Shown: in pieces, positions 46,049-56,777 of the stretch
How positions within the stretch are numbered: the first letter of the stretch is position 1
Layout of the letters: each line of letters starts with the position of its first letter
NCBI GenBank assembly: GCA_025355565.1
Contig: JANXZK010000022.1
Span: 3,490-67,489 of the forward strand
Reading direction: 5' to 3'
Length of the DNA: 64,000 bases
Origin: a bacterium
Lineage (GTDB): Bacteria > Patescibacteriota > Minisyncoccia > Phycocordibacterales > PALSA-1337
Program-made: the position numbers and the translations under genes
The notes under the pieces: model-generated
What the model was told of the DNA's origin: nothing
What the model saw: the letters and a program-made list of their open reading frames with translations, nothing else
The model's database searches: none

Positions 46049-46654
46049 TTATAATATATCTTTAAATAGTGATAAGTGCACATCTTGAACGCCTTTAACT
46101 TCATAGACAACCGCGCCACTGGCTCTACCAGCAGCAATTCCGTGAGGCGAATCTTCTACGATTATTGCTTCAGCAGGCTTGATGTTAAGTTTATTGAACG
46201 CAGTAATGTATATCTCTGGATGAGGTTTTGAATTCTTTACTTCGTCATTGCCTATGATCAGATCAAAATAATCAAAGAGTTGGGCGGACCTTAGCATCAA
46301 GTGTAGTGTGTCTTTTATCGAGTTTGAACAACATGCAATTTTATACCCATTATTTTTCAGGTGTTTAAGCATGATAATTTTTGAGTAATCGGGAATGCAG
46401 TAGACAGGTATGATCTCTTTGGTGTATTTTTGCTTAATCGAATTTATTGTTTCACAGAGGCCCGTAGGAAGTCTTCCAAGCTCTTCGAGCCTACTGATCT
46501 TCTTTCGCGTAGGTAGACCGTTGAAATAGGTAACATGTTCATCTATATCTATCTCAGCACCAAATAATCGTAGGGCTTTATTCAACGATTCATAATGTCC
46601 TTGTGGCATATCTACCAAGACGCCATCGAGATCAAATAGTATTGCCTTTATCAT
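46049..46654 (-). CDS. HAD-family phosphatase
   Basis: FDLDGVL, CSNS, KPHPE and VEDS motifs. Confidence 0.92.
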   Translation of the reverse strand: MIKAILFDLDGVLVDMPQGHYESLNKALRLFGAEIDIDEHVTYFNGLPTRKKISRLEELGRLPTGLCETINSIKQKYTKEIIPVYCIPDYSKIIMLKHLKNNGYKIACCSNSIKDTLHLMLRSAQLFDYFDLIIGNDEVKNSKPHPEIYITAFNKLNIKPAEAIIVEDSPHGIAAGRASGAVVYEVKGVQDVHLSLFKDIL

Positions 46655-46686
46655 AGGACAAACTATACTCCTGGAGGGCGCTTATT

Positions 46687-47598
46687 TCAAGCAAACATCA
46701 TCCTCAGTTTGTAGACGATCTTTTTTAACAGATTTGTCTTGTATAGCTTTCTATAATGATATCGATCAGCCTGATCGTTTGTGGCCAGTGTGTGGGGATG
46801 AACTATATTAGTCAGGTTTTCGGTGGCAATCGACAAGCCAAGATCTCCTTTTGTATGGGTGGCATCTGGGCCAAAACCTATATTTGTCACTAAGTTATAG
46901 TTAGGAATGATACCGATGCCTCCGTGACTCCAGATAGTAAAAAGCCACTTAACATCCCAGAAAATAAACTTTCCGCTATATTCTTTTTGAAAGAAACCTA
47001 ACCAGTAGCGTTGTTCATTAACGGCTCTTCTAGGCACTATTTCGTGAATTTTGTTTTTTGCAATAAAATCAGGAAACTCTCTCATGTTCTTGTCATATAA
47101 TCTCCATGCTCGCCTCCAAGTGGCCCATCCCCAGGTGGATGGGTATATAGAAAAATAGTATGAAGCATTGCCGCGTTTTTTTCCATCTTGAAAATTACTG
47201 CCAGAAATATTCATGACCTTTTGACTATCTTTGTAATGTTCGAGGAGTTCTTGGCAATAGTAGAAAAAAGAATCGTTGGGAAGACAGTCATCTTCAAGAA
47301 TAATCCCATTTTCAACGTGTTCAAAAAACCAATTTATGCTTAATTCAATAGTAATACTGCCACCATGATTTTCTCCATAGTATTTCCTGAATACTTCACA
47401 CGGCCAATCAATATTTTGAACGGCATTTCTCGTTTCTTCACATAGCTCAGCTTCTTCTTTTTTATCGAGTCTGGCACCGTCGGCAGCAATAAATAATTTT
47501 GTCGGCTTGATTTTTCTTATAGCTGCAAAAACCTGTTTAGTAACATCTGGACGATTGAATATCATTAATAATATCGGCGTTTGAAATGAGTTTTCCAT
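46687..47598 (-). CDS. nucleotide-diphospho-sugar transferase (GT-A fold)
   Basis: FNRP, ADG, IILEDD, WGWATWRRAW and NIGFG motifs. Confidence 0.85.
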   Translation of the reverse strand: MENSFQTPILLMIFNRPDVTKQVFAAIRKIKPTKLFIAADGARLDKKEEAELCEETRNAVQNIDWPCEVFRKYYGENHGGSITIELSINWFFEHVENGIILEDDCLPNDSFFYYCQELLEHYKDSQKVMNISGSNFQDGKKRGNASYYFSIYPSTWGWATWRRAWRLYDKNMREFPDFIAKNKIHEIVPRRAVNEQRYWLGFFQKEYSGKFIFWDVKWLFTIWSHGGIGIIPNYNLVTNIGFGPDATHTKGDLGLSIATENLTNIVHPHTLATNDQADRYHYRKLYKTNLLKKIVYKLRMMFA

Positions 47599-47624
47599 GA
47601 CAGGAAGATCGATATTTATGATCG

Positions 47625-48617
47625 CTAAATCTTATTCGCAAAAAATTCATATGATGTCTCGATCATATCTTTAACATCGACAAATCTAGGTTTCCAGTGT
47701 AACTCCCTTTGTGCCTTAGTTGAGTTGGCGATCAAGCGAGCCACATCACCAGGTCTCCTCTCTTTGAAGCTGTATTTAAGTTTCTTATTGGAAATACTCT
47801 GGGCCACTTTTATCAGATCTAACACTGAGAAACCTTTGTTGGTGCCTAAGTTGTATTGCGCACAAACATTCTTTTCATCTGTGATTTTGTTCATCGCACA
47901 AATATGTGCTTCTGCAAGGTCGCTAACATGTATATAATCTCGAATTCCTGTGCCGTCTGGAGTGGGGAAATCGTTGCCGTAAACAAAGAATTCATCCCTC
48001 CGCTCCAGTAGAGTCTCTATTATCGCCGGGATCACGTGCGTCTCTGGACTGTGGTATTCACCCAATCCGGAATTTTTGTCGCAGCCAGCTGCACAGAAGT
48101 ATCGGAGTGATACTGAAGAATATCCATACGCCCGATTGTAGTCCTTCAAAATATTTTCAAACACCAACTTTGTGTACCCATAGGTATTGGTAGGATTTTT
48201 TGGATGATCCTCATTGAGTTCCTCAGTTTGAGGTTCACCGTATACTGCAGCGGACGATGAAAAAACTATCTTTGTGACACCTGTTTCATGCATGCATTCG
48301 AGCAGATTTAGCCCGCCGATAATATTTGTGTCGTAATATTTATATGGCATGGTTACTGAGTCAGGGACATTTGCTATTGCGGCAAAATGGAAGACTATGC
48401 TGGGTTTTGTCTTATTGAAGACATCCATTAGAGATCCTTTATTTCTGATGTCAACCTCGTGGTAGGTGACTAAATCATTCGTGATCACATTTCTTCTAGA
48501 TTCTCTAAATATATCGATTACTTCGATCTTGAATCCTTGTTTAATCATGGCATTCACGACATGAGATCCGATATATCCGGCACCACCGGTGATTAATATT
48601 GTTTTATTTTGTTTCAT
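47625..48617 (-). CDS. galE: UDP-glucose 4-epimerase-like SDR
   Basis: TGGAGYIGSH, FSSSAAVYG, YGYTK, TPDGTGIRDYIHV and RRPGD motifs. Confidence 0.9.
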   Translation of the reverse strand: MKQNKTILITGGAGYIGSHVVNAMIKQGFKIEVIDIFRESRRNVITNDLVTYHEVDIRNKGSLMDVFNKTKPSIVFHFAAIANVPDSVTMPYKYYDTNIIGGLNLLECMHETGVTKIVFSSSAAVYGEPQTEELNEDHPKNPTNTYGYTKLVFENILKDYNRAYGYSSVSLRYFCAAGCDKNSGLGEYHSPETHVIPAIIETLLERRDEFFVYGNDFPTPDGTGIRDYIHVSDLAEAHICAMNKITDEKNVCAQYNLGTNKGFSVLDLIKVAQSISNKKLKYSFKERRPGDVARLIANSTKAQRELHWKPRFVDVKDMIETSYEFFANKI

Positions 48618-48628
48618 AATAGTCGTGA

Positions 48629-49093
48629 TTATAATCCATAAAAGATATTATTACCAATGCCAAACTTTTTTCCCATCTGGAGATCTTCAACTGAATCGCT
48701 TATCAAAATTGAATTTGGCAGATCAATATCATATTTTAGACAAGCCTGCCGCAGCAGCCCATCTTTCGGTTTTCGACAATCACAGCTGTCGATGTTGTGT
48801 GGACAGTAAAAGACATCTAATATATCAATCGAATTTTTTTTGAACTCTTCTCTCATCAAAGCGTGAATATCCTTTAGTGTGCTTGTCGATAGAAGCCCCC
48901 TGGCTATACCTCTCTGGTTGGTTATCACTATGAATTCGAAGCCCTGTTTTTTTAGATCTAAACAATCATCTATTATATCATCGTTAATGACGAAATCCTC
49001 CAATCTCGTTATGTAACAGTGCTCATCTGCTTTCTTGTTAATCACACCATCTCGATCTAGAAATGCTACTTTAATTTTGGTCAATTTTTTCAT
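48629..49093 (-). CDS. gmhB: D-glycero-D-manno-heptose-1,7-bisphosphate phosphatase
   Basis: FLDRDGVIN, TNQ.G and CPH....CDCRKP motifs. Confidence 0.85.
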   Translation of the reverse strand: MKKLTKIKVAFLDRDGVINKKADEHCYITRLEDFVINDDIIDDCLDLKKQGFEFIVITNQRGIARGLLSTSTLKDIHALMREEFKKNSIDILDVFYCPHNIDSCDCRKPKDGLLRQACLKYDIDLPNSILISDSVEDLQMGKKFGIGNNIFYGL

Positions 49094-49128
49094 GTCATTT
49101 TATGTGGTGACTTTAGGCGGAACACATA

Positions 49129-50127
49129 TCACGAATTGAACAACATATCGACTCCAGATGACGTCAACTCAAATGGTATTCTTTTAAAATTTTCTAATTT
49201 AATTCTGGTTGCGCTGTATTCCAAAGAATTTTGGATCTTTTTGTGGTCATTGGGTTTTGCCATAATCAGCATGCACCCTCCTCCACCTGCACCCAAGATT
49301 TTGCCTCCCCAGGCGCCAGCCCTTATGGCAGCTTCATATAATATGTCTGTTTTGTTGTTAGTCACACATGAAGCTAGTGTTTTTTTTCTCATCCATCCCT
49401 CATGAAGCATGTTGGCCATGCCTCTTAGGTCTTTGTTCAATATTTTGTCTCTAAATACAAGGACCGAGTCGGACATTTTCTTATATGTTTCGAAATTATC
49501 CTCGATCTTATTCTTTTGTTCGGCCAGTACACTGCTTGCTGGTCTCGTCATACCTGTAAAAAATAACATCGTATGATTTTCAAATTCAGATTGAAATTGT
49601 TTATCGATAGGAACAGGTTCAATATCGACGGATCCGTTAGCGTTGAACGTGTATACGTTCAGTCCTCCAAAAGCTGCTGCATACTGATCTTGCTTGCCAA
49701 TCGGTTCATGTAAAATATCGATTTCGAGTTCACAAGCCGCCTTCGCTGCTTTTTCTCTGCTAATATCTTTTCCCTTATTGGCGTAAAGCGCTTTCATCAA
49801 TGCAACACTGAAGGTCGATGATGACCCTAGGCCGGTCTTTGCAGGAAGATCTGCAAATGAAGCTATCTCCATGCCAGTACTCAATTTCAACTTCAACAAA
49901 GCCTCTTTAAATCTAGTGTGTTTAAATTCGCGTGGATGGTCGGCTGTTTCCGTTTCGAGATATTTGATAATAAACTTTCCGGACCAATCGTTTTGGTTCG
50001 TCACGATGTAAACAAATTTGTCTATGCTTGTAGAAATGACTCGACCTGGATAGCGCGAGTAGAATTCTTTTATGTCAGTGCCTCCACCGACGAAGCTAAT
50101 TCTAAGTGGTGCTCTTGTAATTATCAT
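49129..50127 (-). CDS. hddA: D-glycero-alpha-D-manno-heptose-7-phosphate kinase (GHMP)
   Basis: RAPLRISFVGGGTD, GLGSSS, GKQDQY and GAGGGG motifs. Confidence 0.88.
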   Translation of the reverse strand: MIITRAPLRISFVGGGTDIKEFYSRYPGRVISTSIDKFVYIVTNQNDWSGKFIIKYLETETADHPREFKHTRFKEALLKLKLSTGMEIASFADLPAKTGLGSSSTFSVALMKALYANKGKDISREKAAKAACELEIDILHEPIGKQDQYAAAFGGLNVYTFNANGSVDIEPVPIDKQFQSEFENHTMLFFTGMTRPASSVLAEQKNKIEDNFETYKKMSDSVLVFRDKILNKDLRGMANMLHEGWMRKKTLASCVTNNKTDILYEAAIRAGAWGGKILGAGGGGCMLIMAKPNDHKKIQNSLEYSATRIKLENFKRIPFELTSSGVDMLFNS

Positions 50128-50145
50128 AAAATTAATCGATACATA

Positions 50146-50907
50146 TCATTTCAAATTTCGGCAGATTGCGACGACAAATCTAGATTTTTCTACCCATACC
50201 ATGTCACTTTTCAGAATGATATCGGACATTTCCAGTTTAAGCTTGATACGATTAATGATATATAGCTTAATAGTGTTGTTGATGCTATAGGGGATTAACC
50301 ATTTAAAGGCAAACAGGACAGGATTTACGATCTTCCAAATAAAATGATCGTTGTAGATTGGTGTCCGCTGGCCATAGAACTCTTCTATGACGAAAAATTC
50401 GCCGAGGGCTTTTTTGAATTCAGATATCGTCATTTCAAAGACATGATGCGGATTGATGGGTCTTTTTGTGCCAGGGGAGTACAGCGTCTTGTTTGGTGTA
50501 GAGATGTAGACTAGTCCGTTTGGCTTCAGCACCCTTTTTACTTCTGACAGAAGTCTTTTCCAATCATGGAGATGCTCAAAAACTTCAAAGGCAGATACTT
50601 CGTCAAAAGTATTGTCTGGGAACGGGATGTCAAGACAACTACCAACTTTGAACTCGATGTTGTCCATCTGCCAGTTATCTCTTGCGTAGATTATGGCATC
50701 TTCAGAAATGTCGACACCGTAGACCATCTTAAACTTTTTTGCCAATGTATTGCTACCGTGACCTGAACCACAACCGATATCTAGTACGATCTTATCTTTA
50801 CCACCTTTCAAAAGCTCGTATCTGACCAAATGCTCGAGCAAGTTATTTCTCGACAAGTTACTTTTACTTTCCATTCGTTCGCCACCAAATTTATTTTCTT
50901 TGATCAT
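50146..50907 (-). CDS. class I SAM-dependent methyltransferase
   Basis: GER...EH..RY, LDIGCGSG, FEVFEH and STPN motifs. Confidence 0.88.
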   Translation of the reverse strand: MIKENKFGGERMESKSNLSRNNLLEHLVRYELLKGGKDKIVLDIGCGSGHGSNTLAKKFKMVYGVDISEDAIIYARDNWQMDNIEFKVGSCLDIPFPDNTFDEVSAFEVFEHLHDWKRLLSEVKRVLKPNGLVYISTPNKTLYSPGTKRPINPHHVFEMTISEFKKALGEFFVIEEFYGQRTPIYNDHFIWKIVNPVLFAFKWLIPYSINNTIKLYIINRIKLKLEMSDIILKSDMVWVEKSRFVVAICRNLK

Positions 50908-51634
50908 GATTGTTGGATGCAATTTCTTGGGCAATTTTATACTGTTCTATTGTGCCGATATCGATTAAAAAATCACTGATTTTGAAAACAGACATCTTTT
51001 CGTTCTTTTTAAGTAGGTATGGAAATACGTCGTGACCAAAGTCCAATGTTACTTGTTGATCACTGAGTGGACTGATCTTTTCTATCAGTTCCGTCTTTAT
51101 GACATAAATACCACAATTGGAATAGTTTGATATTACCTCATCTTTGCTCGGCTTTTCCTTAAAATGTTTTATCTCATCGTTCTCGTCAAACACAATCATA
51201 CCTTTTTCTTGTATATTTTCAACTTTATTACACACGATCGTCGCGAGACTGTTTCGCATCTCATGGAATGAGATCAGCTCTCGATAGTTAAGATTTGTGA
51301 AGTCGTCCCCATAAATGATCAGCAAGTTTTTGTCATTAGCGAAGTAGGCTCTATTTGCAATCATAGTTCCAGCGCTTCCTAGTAGAGATTTTTCATAGGT
51401 CACAGTGATCGTCAGTCCATTATTTTTCTCATTGTATAGGTCACAATAATCTTGCACTATGTCTGACAAGTAGTGAGTATTGATCAAGACGTCGGTTATA
51501 TTGCTACGACGAAGACTCTCCAGATGGTAATCTAATAGGGGTATTCCGTTAATTGGAACCAATACTTTTGGGATAGTATCGGTCAATGGTTTTAGCCTTG
51601 TTCCTAATCCCGCAGCTAAAATTAGCGCTTTCAT
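50891..51634 (-). CDS. sugar-1-phosphate guanylyltransferase (HddC-like)
   Basis: LAAGLGTRL.PLT..PK, LGSAG, F.EKP and DIGT motifs; located next to hddA and gmhB. Confidence 0.82.
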   Translation of the reverse strand: MKALILAAGLGTRLKPLTDTIPKVLVPINGIPLLDYHLESLRRSNITDVLINTHYLSDIVQDYCDLYNEKNNGLTITVTYEKSLLGSAGTMIANRAYFANDKNLLIIYGDDFTNLNYRELISFHEMRNSLATIVCNKVENIQEKGMIVFDENDEIKHFKEKPSKDEVISNYSNCGIYVIKTELIEKISPLSDQQVTLDFGHDVFPYLLKKNEKMSVFKISDFLIDIGTIEQYKIAQEIASNNHDQRK

Positions 51635-52635
51635 TTTGTCATTGGGTTTTTATCTGTGGCTTCAATTTTATTGTCCCAATAATTTAGAAGGTCAGACAGG
51701 GTCTGTTCTATGGGAATTTTAGGAGTCCAGTTTGTAGCTTTGTATAATTTGCGGAAATCTGGAATCTGGACATCAATGTCGATTGGTCGCCATAGCTTTT
51801 GATCTATCTCTGTCCTGACTTTTCCTTTTAGATTTCGCAGATTTATCATAATATCTAAGATCTCTCCAATAGAATATATTGCATCTCCTCCTACATTGTA
51901 CGCTTCACCTCCTTTTGCCTTTTGCATTAGAGCGTAATAAGCTTTTACACAATCTCTGACGTCGATAATCGATCTGACAGATTTCAAATTCCCAACCTTG
52001 ATTACGGGCTTTTGTAAACCTTTTGTAATCCTGGATATCTGTATTGCGTCAGAAGATATAGAGAACATGTTTCCTCTCCTCGGTCCGGTATGAGAGAATG
52101 CTCTGGAAACAAAGTATGGTTTGTTTAATGATATTGCTCTTTCTCGGATATATAGATCTAAACAAGCCTTACTGACACCATAAGGATTGACTGGTGATAT
52201 CGGAAATGATTCGTTTATCTTACCAGCCTTTTTCGGCACGTTCCCGTAGACTTCTGAAGTCGAGCAAAACATAAATCTACAGTCAGGTTGTTTTTCAAAC
52301 ATTGCTTCAAACAAATTGAGCGTGCCAATGACATTCGTATGCATAGTTCCTTCGGGATCATTAAAACTTGTTGGTGGGTGGCTCTGCGCAGCGAGGTGGA
52401 AGACACCATTGAAAACAGTACTACCAAATATTTTTACTAACGATTTACGATCTAATAAGTCACCATAGACAAATCGGATCTTCGAAAAGTTTACATCTGG
52501 TACAATATCTCTGATGTCGTTTTCTCTTCCGTTTGAGGATCGAACTAGCCCATATACTTCATGACCTTTACCTATCAATAAATTGGCCAAATGAGGCCCG
52601 GCGAAACCCGTTATTCCTGTTATTAAGTATCTCAT
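51631..52635 (-). CDS. GDP-sugar 4,6-dehydratase (Gmd/DmhA-like)
   Basis: TGITGF, HLAAQS, STSEVYG, PYGVSK, HTGPRR and RP.D motifs. Confidence 0.85.
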   Translation of the reverse strand: MRYLITGITGFAGPHLANLLIGKGHEVYGLVRSSNGRENDIRDIVPDVNFSKIRFVYGDLLDRKSLVKIFGSTVFNGVFHLAAQSHPPTSFNDPEGTMHTNVIGTLNLFEAMFEKQPDCRFMFCSTSEVYGNVPKKAGKINESFPISPVNPYGVSKACLDLYIRERAISLNKPYFVSRAFSHTGPRRGNMFSISSDAIQISRITKGLQKPVIKVGNLKSVRSIIDVRDCVKAYYALMQKAKGGEAYNVGGDAIYSIGEILDIMINLRNLKGKVRTEIDQKLWRPIDIDVQIPDFRKLYKATNWTPKIPIEQTLSDLLNYWDNKIEATDKNPMTK

Positions 52636-52697
52636 GCATCGTTTTGTTATTTTATAATGATTTCCAGTATAAGCATTTTGTCGAACATTTACAATAT

Positions 52698-54680
52698 CTA
52701 GACAGATTTAAGATATTTACCTCTGGAGTTGAAGAAGCAAAAATTATAAACGCTGCTATTCATCGCATTATATGGCAGAATCACTGAAAATGGTTTGTTT
52801 AAACAGGCTGATATTGCCGCCCCACCTGAGGATGTTCCGATATAGTATTTACACGAATATATCATATCTACAAATCCAAAGAGATCCTGTTTTTTTGGAT
52901 CAATGTGTTCTATCCTGTCGATTTTGGTCAAATGATTCACCGCCTCTTTATAGAAGATATCCTTTTGAAATTTCCATCCAAATCTCTTACCGCTTATGCT
53001 ATTTTCGTCAATCAAAATTACATTATTCAGGTATTTGACTAGCGTTGGCTTGTAATATATCTCTGGTAGCCCATTTCCCGTGAGGTGGAACTGATTTTCA
53101 ATAGTTTCGATCACATTTTTTCCTCCTTTGTCGAAAATGAATTCTTTCAAGCGGTTTTCTCTCACAAATTTTTTATATACAAACGGTCTGGTGGATATCT
53201 TTACCCCCTTAAAATAGGGATTTAGTCCAAAACACAATTTTAGTATGTCGACATTTCTCAGTCTTGTCAGACTTTGTTCTGTTATGTAAAAGTCTACGCC
53301 ATATTGCACTTTTAATAATCTTGGTAGACTGGAATAAGCTAGCCAATCTCCGATTCCACCATATTGAATATCAAACACGACTTCTTTTTTGAGCTCAAGT
53401 ATGGTCTGTATTTCTTCACAGTATTTCCTATATTCTTTACCCTCACGTATCAAGACAAAACATTTAGCAACAAATATATAGCAGTACAGTATTGGATAGT
53501 ATATAACCTTGATAGACTTGATTATTTTTTTTAGCTTCCTGAGTAACCGTGTGATTATACGCGATTTGCTACGGTAACGTTTGTTTGGGAGGTTTGTTAG
53601 AGATAATTCTCTGAACAAGTCGTCGATGTCTTTTTGTCTCAAAGGTGCTAGACAATCAATCAGTTTATAATATGTCGAGGCCGTCCGGTTTCCAGTTCTC
53701 ACTGAAGCAAGTAAATAATTTAGCGCAATTTTGTAATTTCTTTTAACATATTCGTTATTTCCGAGCCAAAACAACCAGTATGGATTAAGTCGTTCTTCTC
53801 TTGCAATTTTTTCAATCTGAGCTGGACTTAATAATAGTTGCTCATAGTTTTCAACAAGGCAATCTCGGTTACTTTTTATCATTTCTAGGATGTTCTCTTC
53901 GGAATTGATATCATATTCGAGAATCAAGTTTTTTACTCGGTCATTGAAAATATATATGAATTCTTCTAATATCAACTTTAGATTGTAATTGACCTTGCCC
54001 GATTCATATTCTCTCAGGTAGTATGATTTATGAAAATCAACTCGATGATAATATGTAGTGTCAGGACACGTGAACGCTACAAGACCTGCAGCCAAAAATC
54101 TGAAGGCCATCCCTTGTGTATCGAAACCATGGTTAGTTGGATATCCACCGATAGTGTTAAACGCGGATCTCGTGATCATAAATGTAGAATACAATGAACA
54201 TGATCCATCTTCATTTGTCGAAAATAGACTAATGAAAGGGATTTTCTTTCCGACGTAGCCAAAGTTGCTGACATAGGCAACATTATTTAGATTTTTGCCT
54301 TTAAATTTTATTGATGTACTTATTCCTACTGCATCACAATGTTTATTATGCAAAAACTTGAGCATCTTACTGAGAGTATTATCTCCTAGCATGTCATCAC
54401 TATCTAAACAAAAAAGTACTTCAGAAGTCGAGTTTGCAGCAGCAGTATTTCTTGTAGCCCCTCCGCCTAGGTTTGTGGTGTGAAATAGACACTTTACATT
54501 GTCATATTTCTCCGCGATCTTTGCCATAATCTTTTTGGTGTCGTCCGTTGAGCAATCATCAACCATGATGATATCGAATGATGACTTGTCCAGACCTTGT
54601 CGGAAGCACGAATTAACAGCTTCAGATAGTGTGTGTTCGCAGTTATAACAGGGTATTATGATTGTCAGAAGCGGGTTCAT
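52698..54680 (-). CDS. multidomain glycosyltransferase (GT2, TPR-like helix and a second GT-like domain)
   Basis: IIIPCYN, VDDCSTD and LDSDD motifs; C-terminal GGIGD and G.SSG motifs. Confidence 0.8.
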   Translation of the reverse strand: MNPLLTIIIPCYNCEHTLSEAVNSCFRQGLDKSSFDIIMVDDCSTDDTKKIMAKIAEKYDNVKCLFHTTNLGGGATRNTAAANSTSEVLFCLDSDDMLGDNTLSKMLKFLHNKHCDAVGISTSIKFKGKNLNNVAYVSNFGYVGKKIPFISLFSTNEDGSCSLYSTFMITRSAFNTIGGYPTNHGFDTQGMAFRFLAAGLVAFTCPDTTYYHRVDFHKSYYLREYESGKVNYNLKLILEEFIYIFNDRVKNLILEYDINSEENILEMIKSNRDCLVENYEQLLLSPAQIEKIAREERLNPYWLFWLGNNEYVKRNYKIALNYLLASVRTGNRTASTYYKLIDCLAPLRQKDIDDLFRELSLTNLPNKRYRSKSRIITRLLRKLKKIIKSIKVIYYPILYCYIFVAKCFVLIREGKEYRKYCEEIQTILELKKEVVFDIQYGGIGDWLAYSSLPRLLKVQYGVDFYITEQSLTRLRNVDILKLCFGLNPYFKGVKISTRPFVYKKFVRENRLKEFIFDKGGKNVIETIENQFHLTGNGLPEIYYKPTLVKYLNNVILIDENSISGKRFGWKFQKDIFYKEAVNHLTKIDRIEHIDPKKQDLFGFVDMIYSCKYYIGTSSGGAAISACLNKPFSVILPYNAMNSSVYNFCFFNSRGKYLKSV

Positions 54681-55750
54681 ATGTGATTACTTGATACGTT
54701 ATTATGGTTTGATAACCTTGTCCTTATCGTGTGAATAACGACATTGTTGATGAATCTGATCTTGCTGAGGAGATTTAATCCGGGCAGTTTCCAGAGGTCT
54801 GATTTCCAAAAAACGCTTTGAGGAAGCCACCATGTCTTTCCATCATTGATACAGTATAAGTACCATCGTCCCAAAAGAGCTTTAAGGAAGAAGAACTTAT
54901 TGAAGGTACCGGCATCATTATTCGCTATGATAAGTTTATTAAACCATTTGCTTAATTCGTCGCCATTCTTAATAGAAAATGGCAATTGGCCACTACAAAA
55001 TTTGTAGTGAAAGATCAGTTCTTCTTTTGAATATGAAAATCTAAGCTTTGAAAGTTGGTGGGAGTAAATGGTTTGCATTGCGGTGGAATAATTCTGCCTA
55101 TGCGTTTTTGATAGATTTTCGCCATGCTCTCTTATCTGCGTCAATATCTCTTGTAGGTTCCACATCTTATACTTACTATCGATTCTGGTCCAAAGATGAT
55201 AATCCTCAGCAGGTGTGGTATCTGTCATGTATGGGACTTCAGGTAGTGCATTTTTTCGGATCATCACTGCTGAATGTGCGAAATAGTCAGAAAATAGTAA
55301 GATACTCGGTATCTCTGTTGAGGTCGCGGTAAACGACCAAATCATTCCCGCTGATATATTGTTTGTACTATCAATCGTTTCTGTATATGATCCAATCATG
55401 CCAAAGTCAGGGTGTTTATTTAAAAAATCGACCTGTTTTTGTAGTCTTGAAGGATATGACCAGTCATCACTATCCAGAACCGCAATATACTTGCCCTTTG
55501 AAACACTGATTCCTAAATTGCGTGATTTGGCGGCGCCAATGTTTTCTTTGTTAGAGATCAGGTAGATTCTACTGTCTGCAAATGAGTTTATTATCATTTT
55601 TGTTCTATCAGAGGATTTGTCATCTATAATGATGAGTTCGAAATCAATAAGCGTTTGATCCAGTATGCTTTTTATCGCATAACCGATATATTTTTCTCGA
55701 TTATATGCCGCCATAATAACCGACACGGTTGGAAGGCTGTTATTGGTCAT
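54677..55750 (-). CDS. glycosyltransferase family 2
   Basis: VSVIMAAYN, IIDDKSSD, LDSDD and AEDY motifs. Confidence 0.92.
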   Translation of the reverse strand: MTNNSLPTVSVIMAAYNREKYIGYAIKSILDQTLIDFELIIIDDKSSDRTKMIINSFADSRIYLISNKENIGAAKSRNLGISVSKGKYIAVLDSDDWSYPSRLQKQVDFLNKHPDFGMIGSYTETIDSTNNISAGMIWSFTATSTEIPSILLFSDYFAHSAVMIRKNALPEVPYMTDTTPAEDYHLWTRIDSKYKMWNLQEILTQIREHGENLSKTHRQNYSTAMQTIYSHQLSKLRFSYSKEELIFHYKFCSGQLPFSIKNGDELSKWFNKLIIANNDAGTFNKFFFLKALLGRWYLYCINDGKTWWLPQSVFWKSDLWKLPGLNLLSKIRFINNVVIHTIRTRLSNHNNVSSNHI

Positions 55751-56777
55751 GATTTCTCTTTATGAAATTGTACCCAATAATTTCGTGGGCTGCTGTGTTC
55801 ATATACTCGTAAAAAGCTCTAAAGTCGATCTGGTAGCCGTTATTCCATCTTTCTAGTAATTCGTCCTGATGGATATCGCCATGACGATTATCGACGTCAG
55901 TTTGTACTCTGTTGCAAGGTATGTTGAATAGTCTAGATTTTTTATATGCTATACCGAAGCGTTGCAAAAAAATAGGGTTGAATATTTGCAGGTTTCCTTC
56001 GTAAGTATTTGGCGATGAGAAGGATATGTATTTGGTCATTGCGAGTATCTCTTTAGTAGAAAATACATGGCCGTCTAAAGATATCGGATATCCCCAATCA
56101 AATGTCCCTTCATTCCATTTCCAGCGTATTTTGCCGGTTTGTCCGCCTTCCATGGAGACGAACTTTGGTAATGGTTGAGGGCTATCTGCGTTATATGATG
56201 TCTGGAGATTAGATCCCAATCTTAAACTTAAGACTGAGTTACGAGTATCTACATTATTTATCTCTGATATATCGATCTTTTCTGTTATGAGAATATCATC
56301 CACCAAGAAAAACATCTTATCCGTGTTAATGTTTTCCAAAACATCAATGAGTTGGTTGTGAAATGAAGAATCATTATTTTGTTCGACAAACTGTATGGAT
56401 CTTGATTTTAATGACTTTATTATTTCAGAATACGCTCGCGCAAAACTTCTATTCGTAGCACGAAATAGAACAAATATTGGTATAGTGGTACTTGCATTAT
56501 CTAGGAATGAGGAAATCAACCCGTGAAGTTGCATTGGTCTGTTCATAGAGAATATGATACAGCAGATTCCGCGTGTTAACGCTTTATCGTCAGATATAAC
56601 GCTATTATAAAAATTTGATAAGGACTCAATTTTTTGCTCGTTTTTACGACATATTTTTGGTCCATATGTAGTCGGTTTTAACCCAATGGCTGAAAAAAGT
56701 CGGTCCATCATCCTAATAAATAAGTGCCAGCTTCGATGATACATTCGGATTATTTTTATATTATCGTGATTGGACAT
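55740..56777 (-). CDS. putative glycosyltransferase (GT-A-like)
   Basis: FSMNRPMQL, FFLVDD, SLRLG and WGYP.S.DGH motifs. Confidence 0.65.
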   Translation of the reverse strand: MSNHDNIKIIRMYHRSWHLFIRMMDRLFSAIGLKPTTYGPKICRKNEQKIESLSNFYNSVISDDKALTRGICCIIFSMNRPMQLHGLISSFLDNASTTIPIFVLFRATNRSFARAYSEIIKSLKSRSIQFVEQNNDSSFHNQLIDVLENINTDKMFFLVDDILITEKIDISEINNVDTRNSVLSLRLGSNLQTSYNADSPQPLPKFVSMEGGQTGKIRWKWNEGTFDWGYPISLDGHVFSTKEILAMTKYISFSSPNTYEGNLQIFNPIFLQRFGIAYKKSRLFNIPCNRVQTDVDNRHGDIHQDELLERWNNGYQIDFRAFYEYMNTAAHEIIGYNFIKRNHDQ

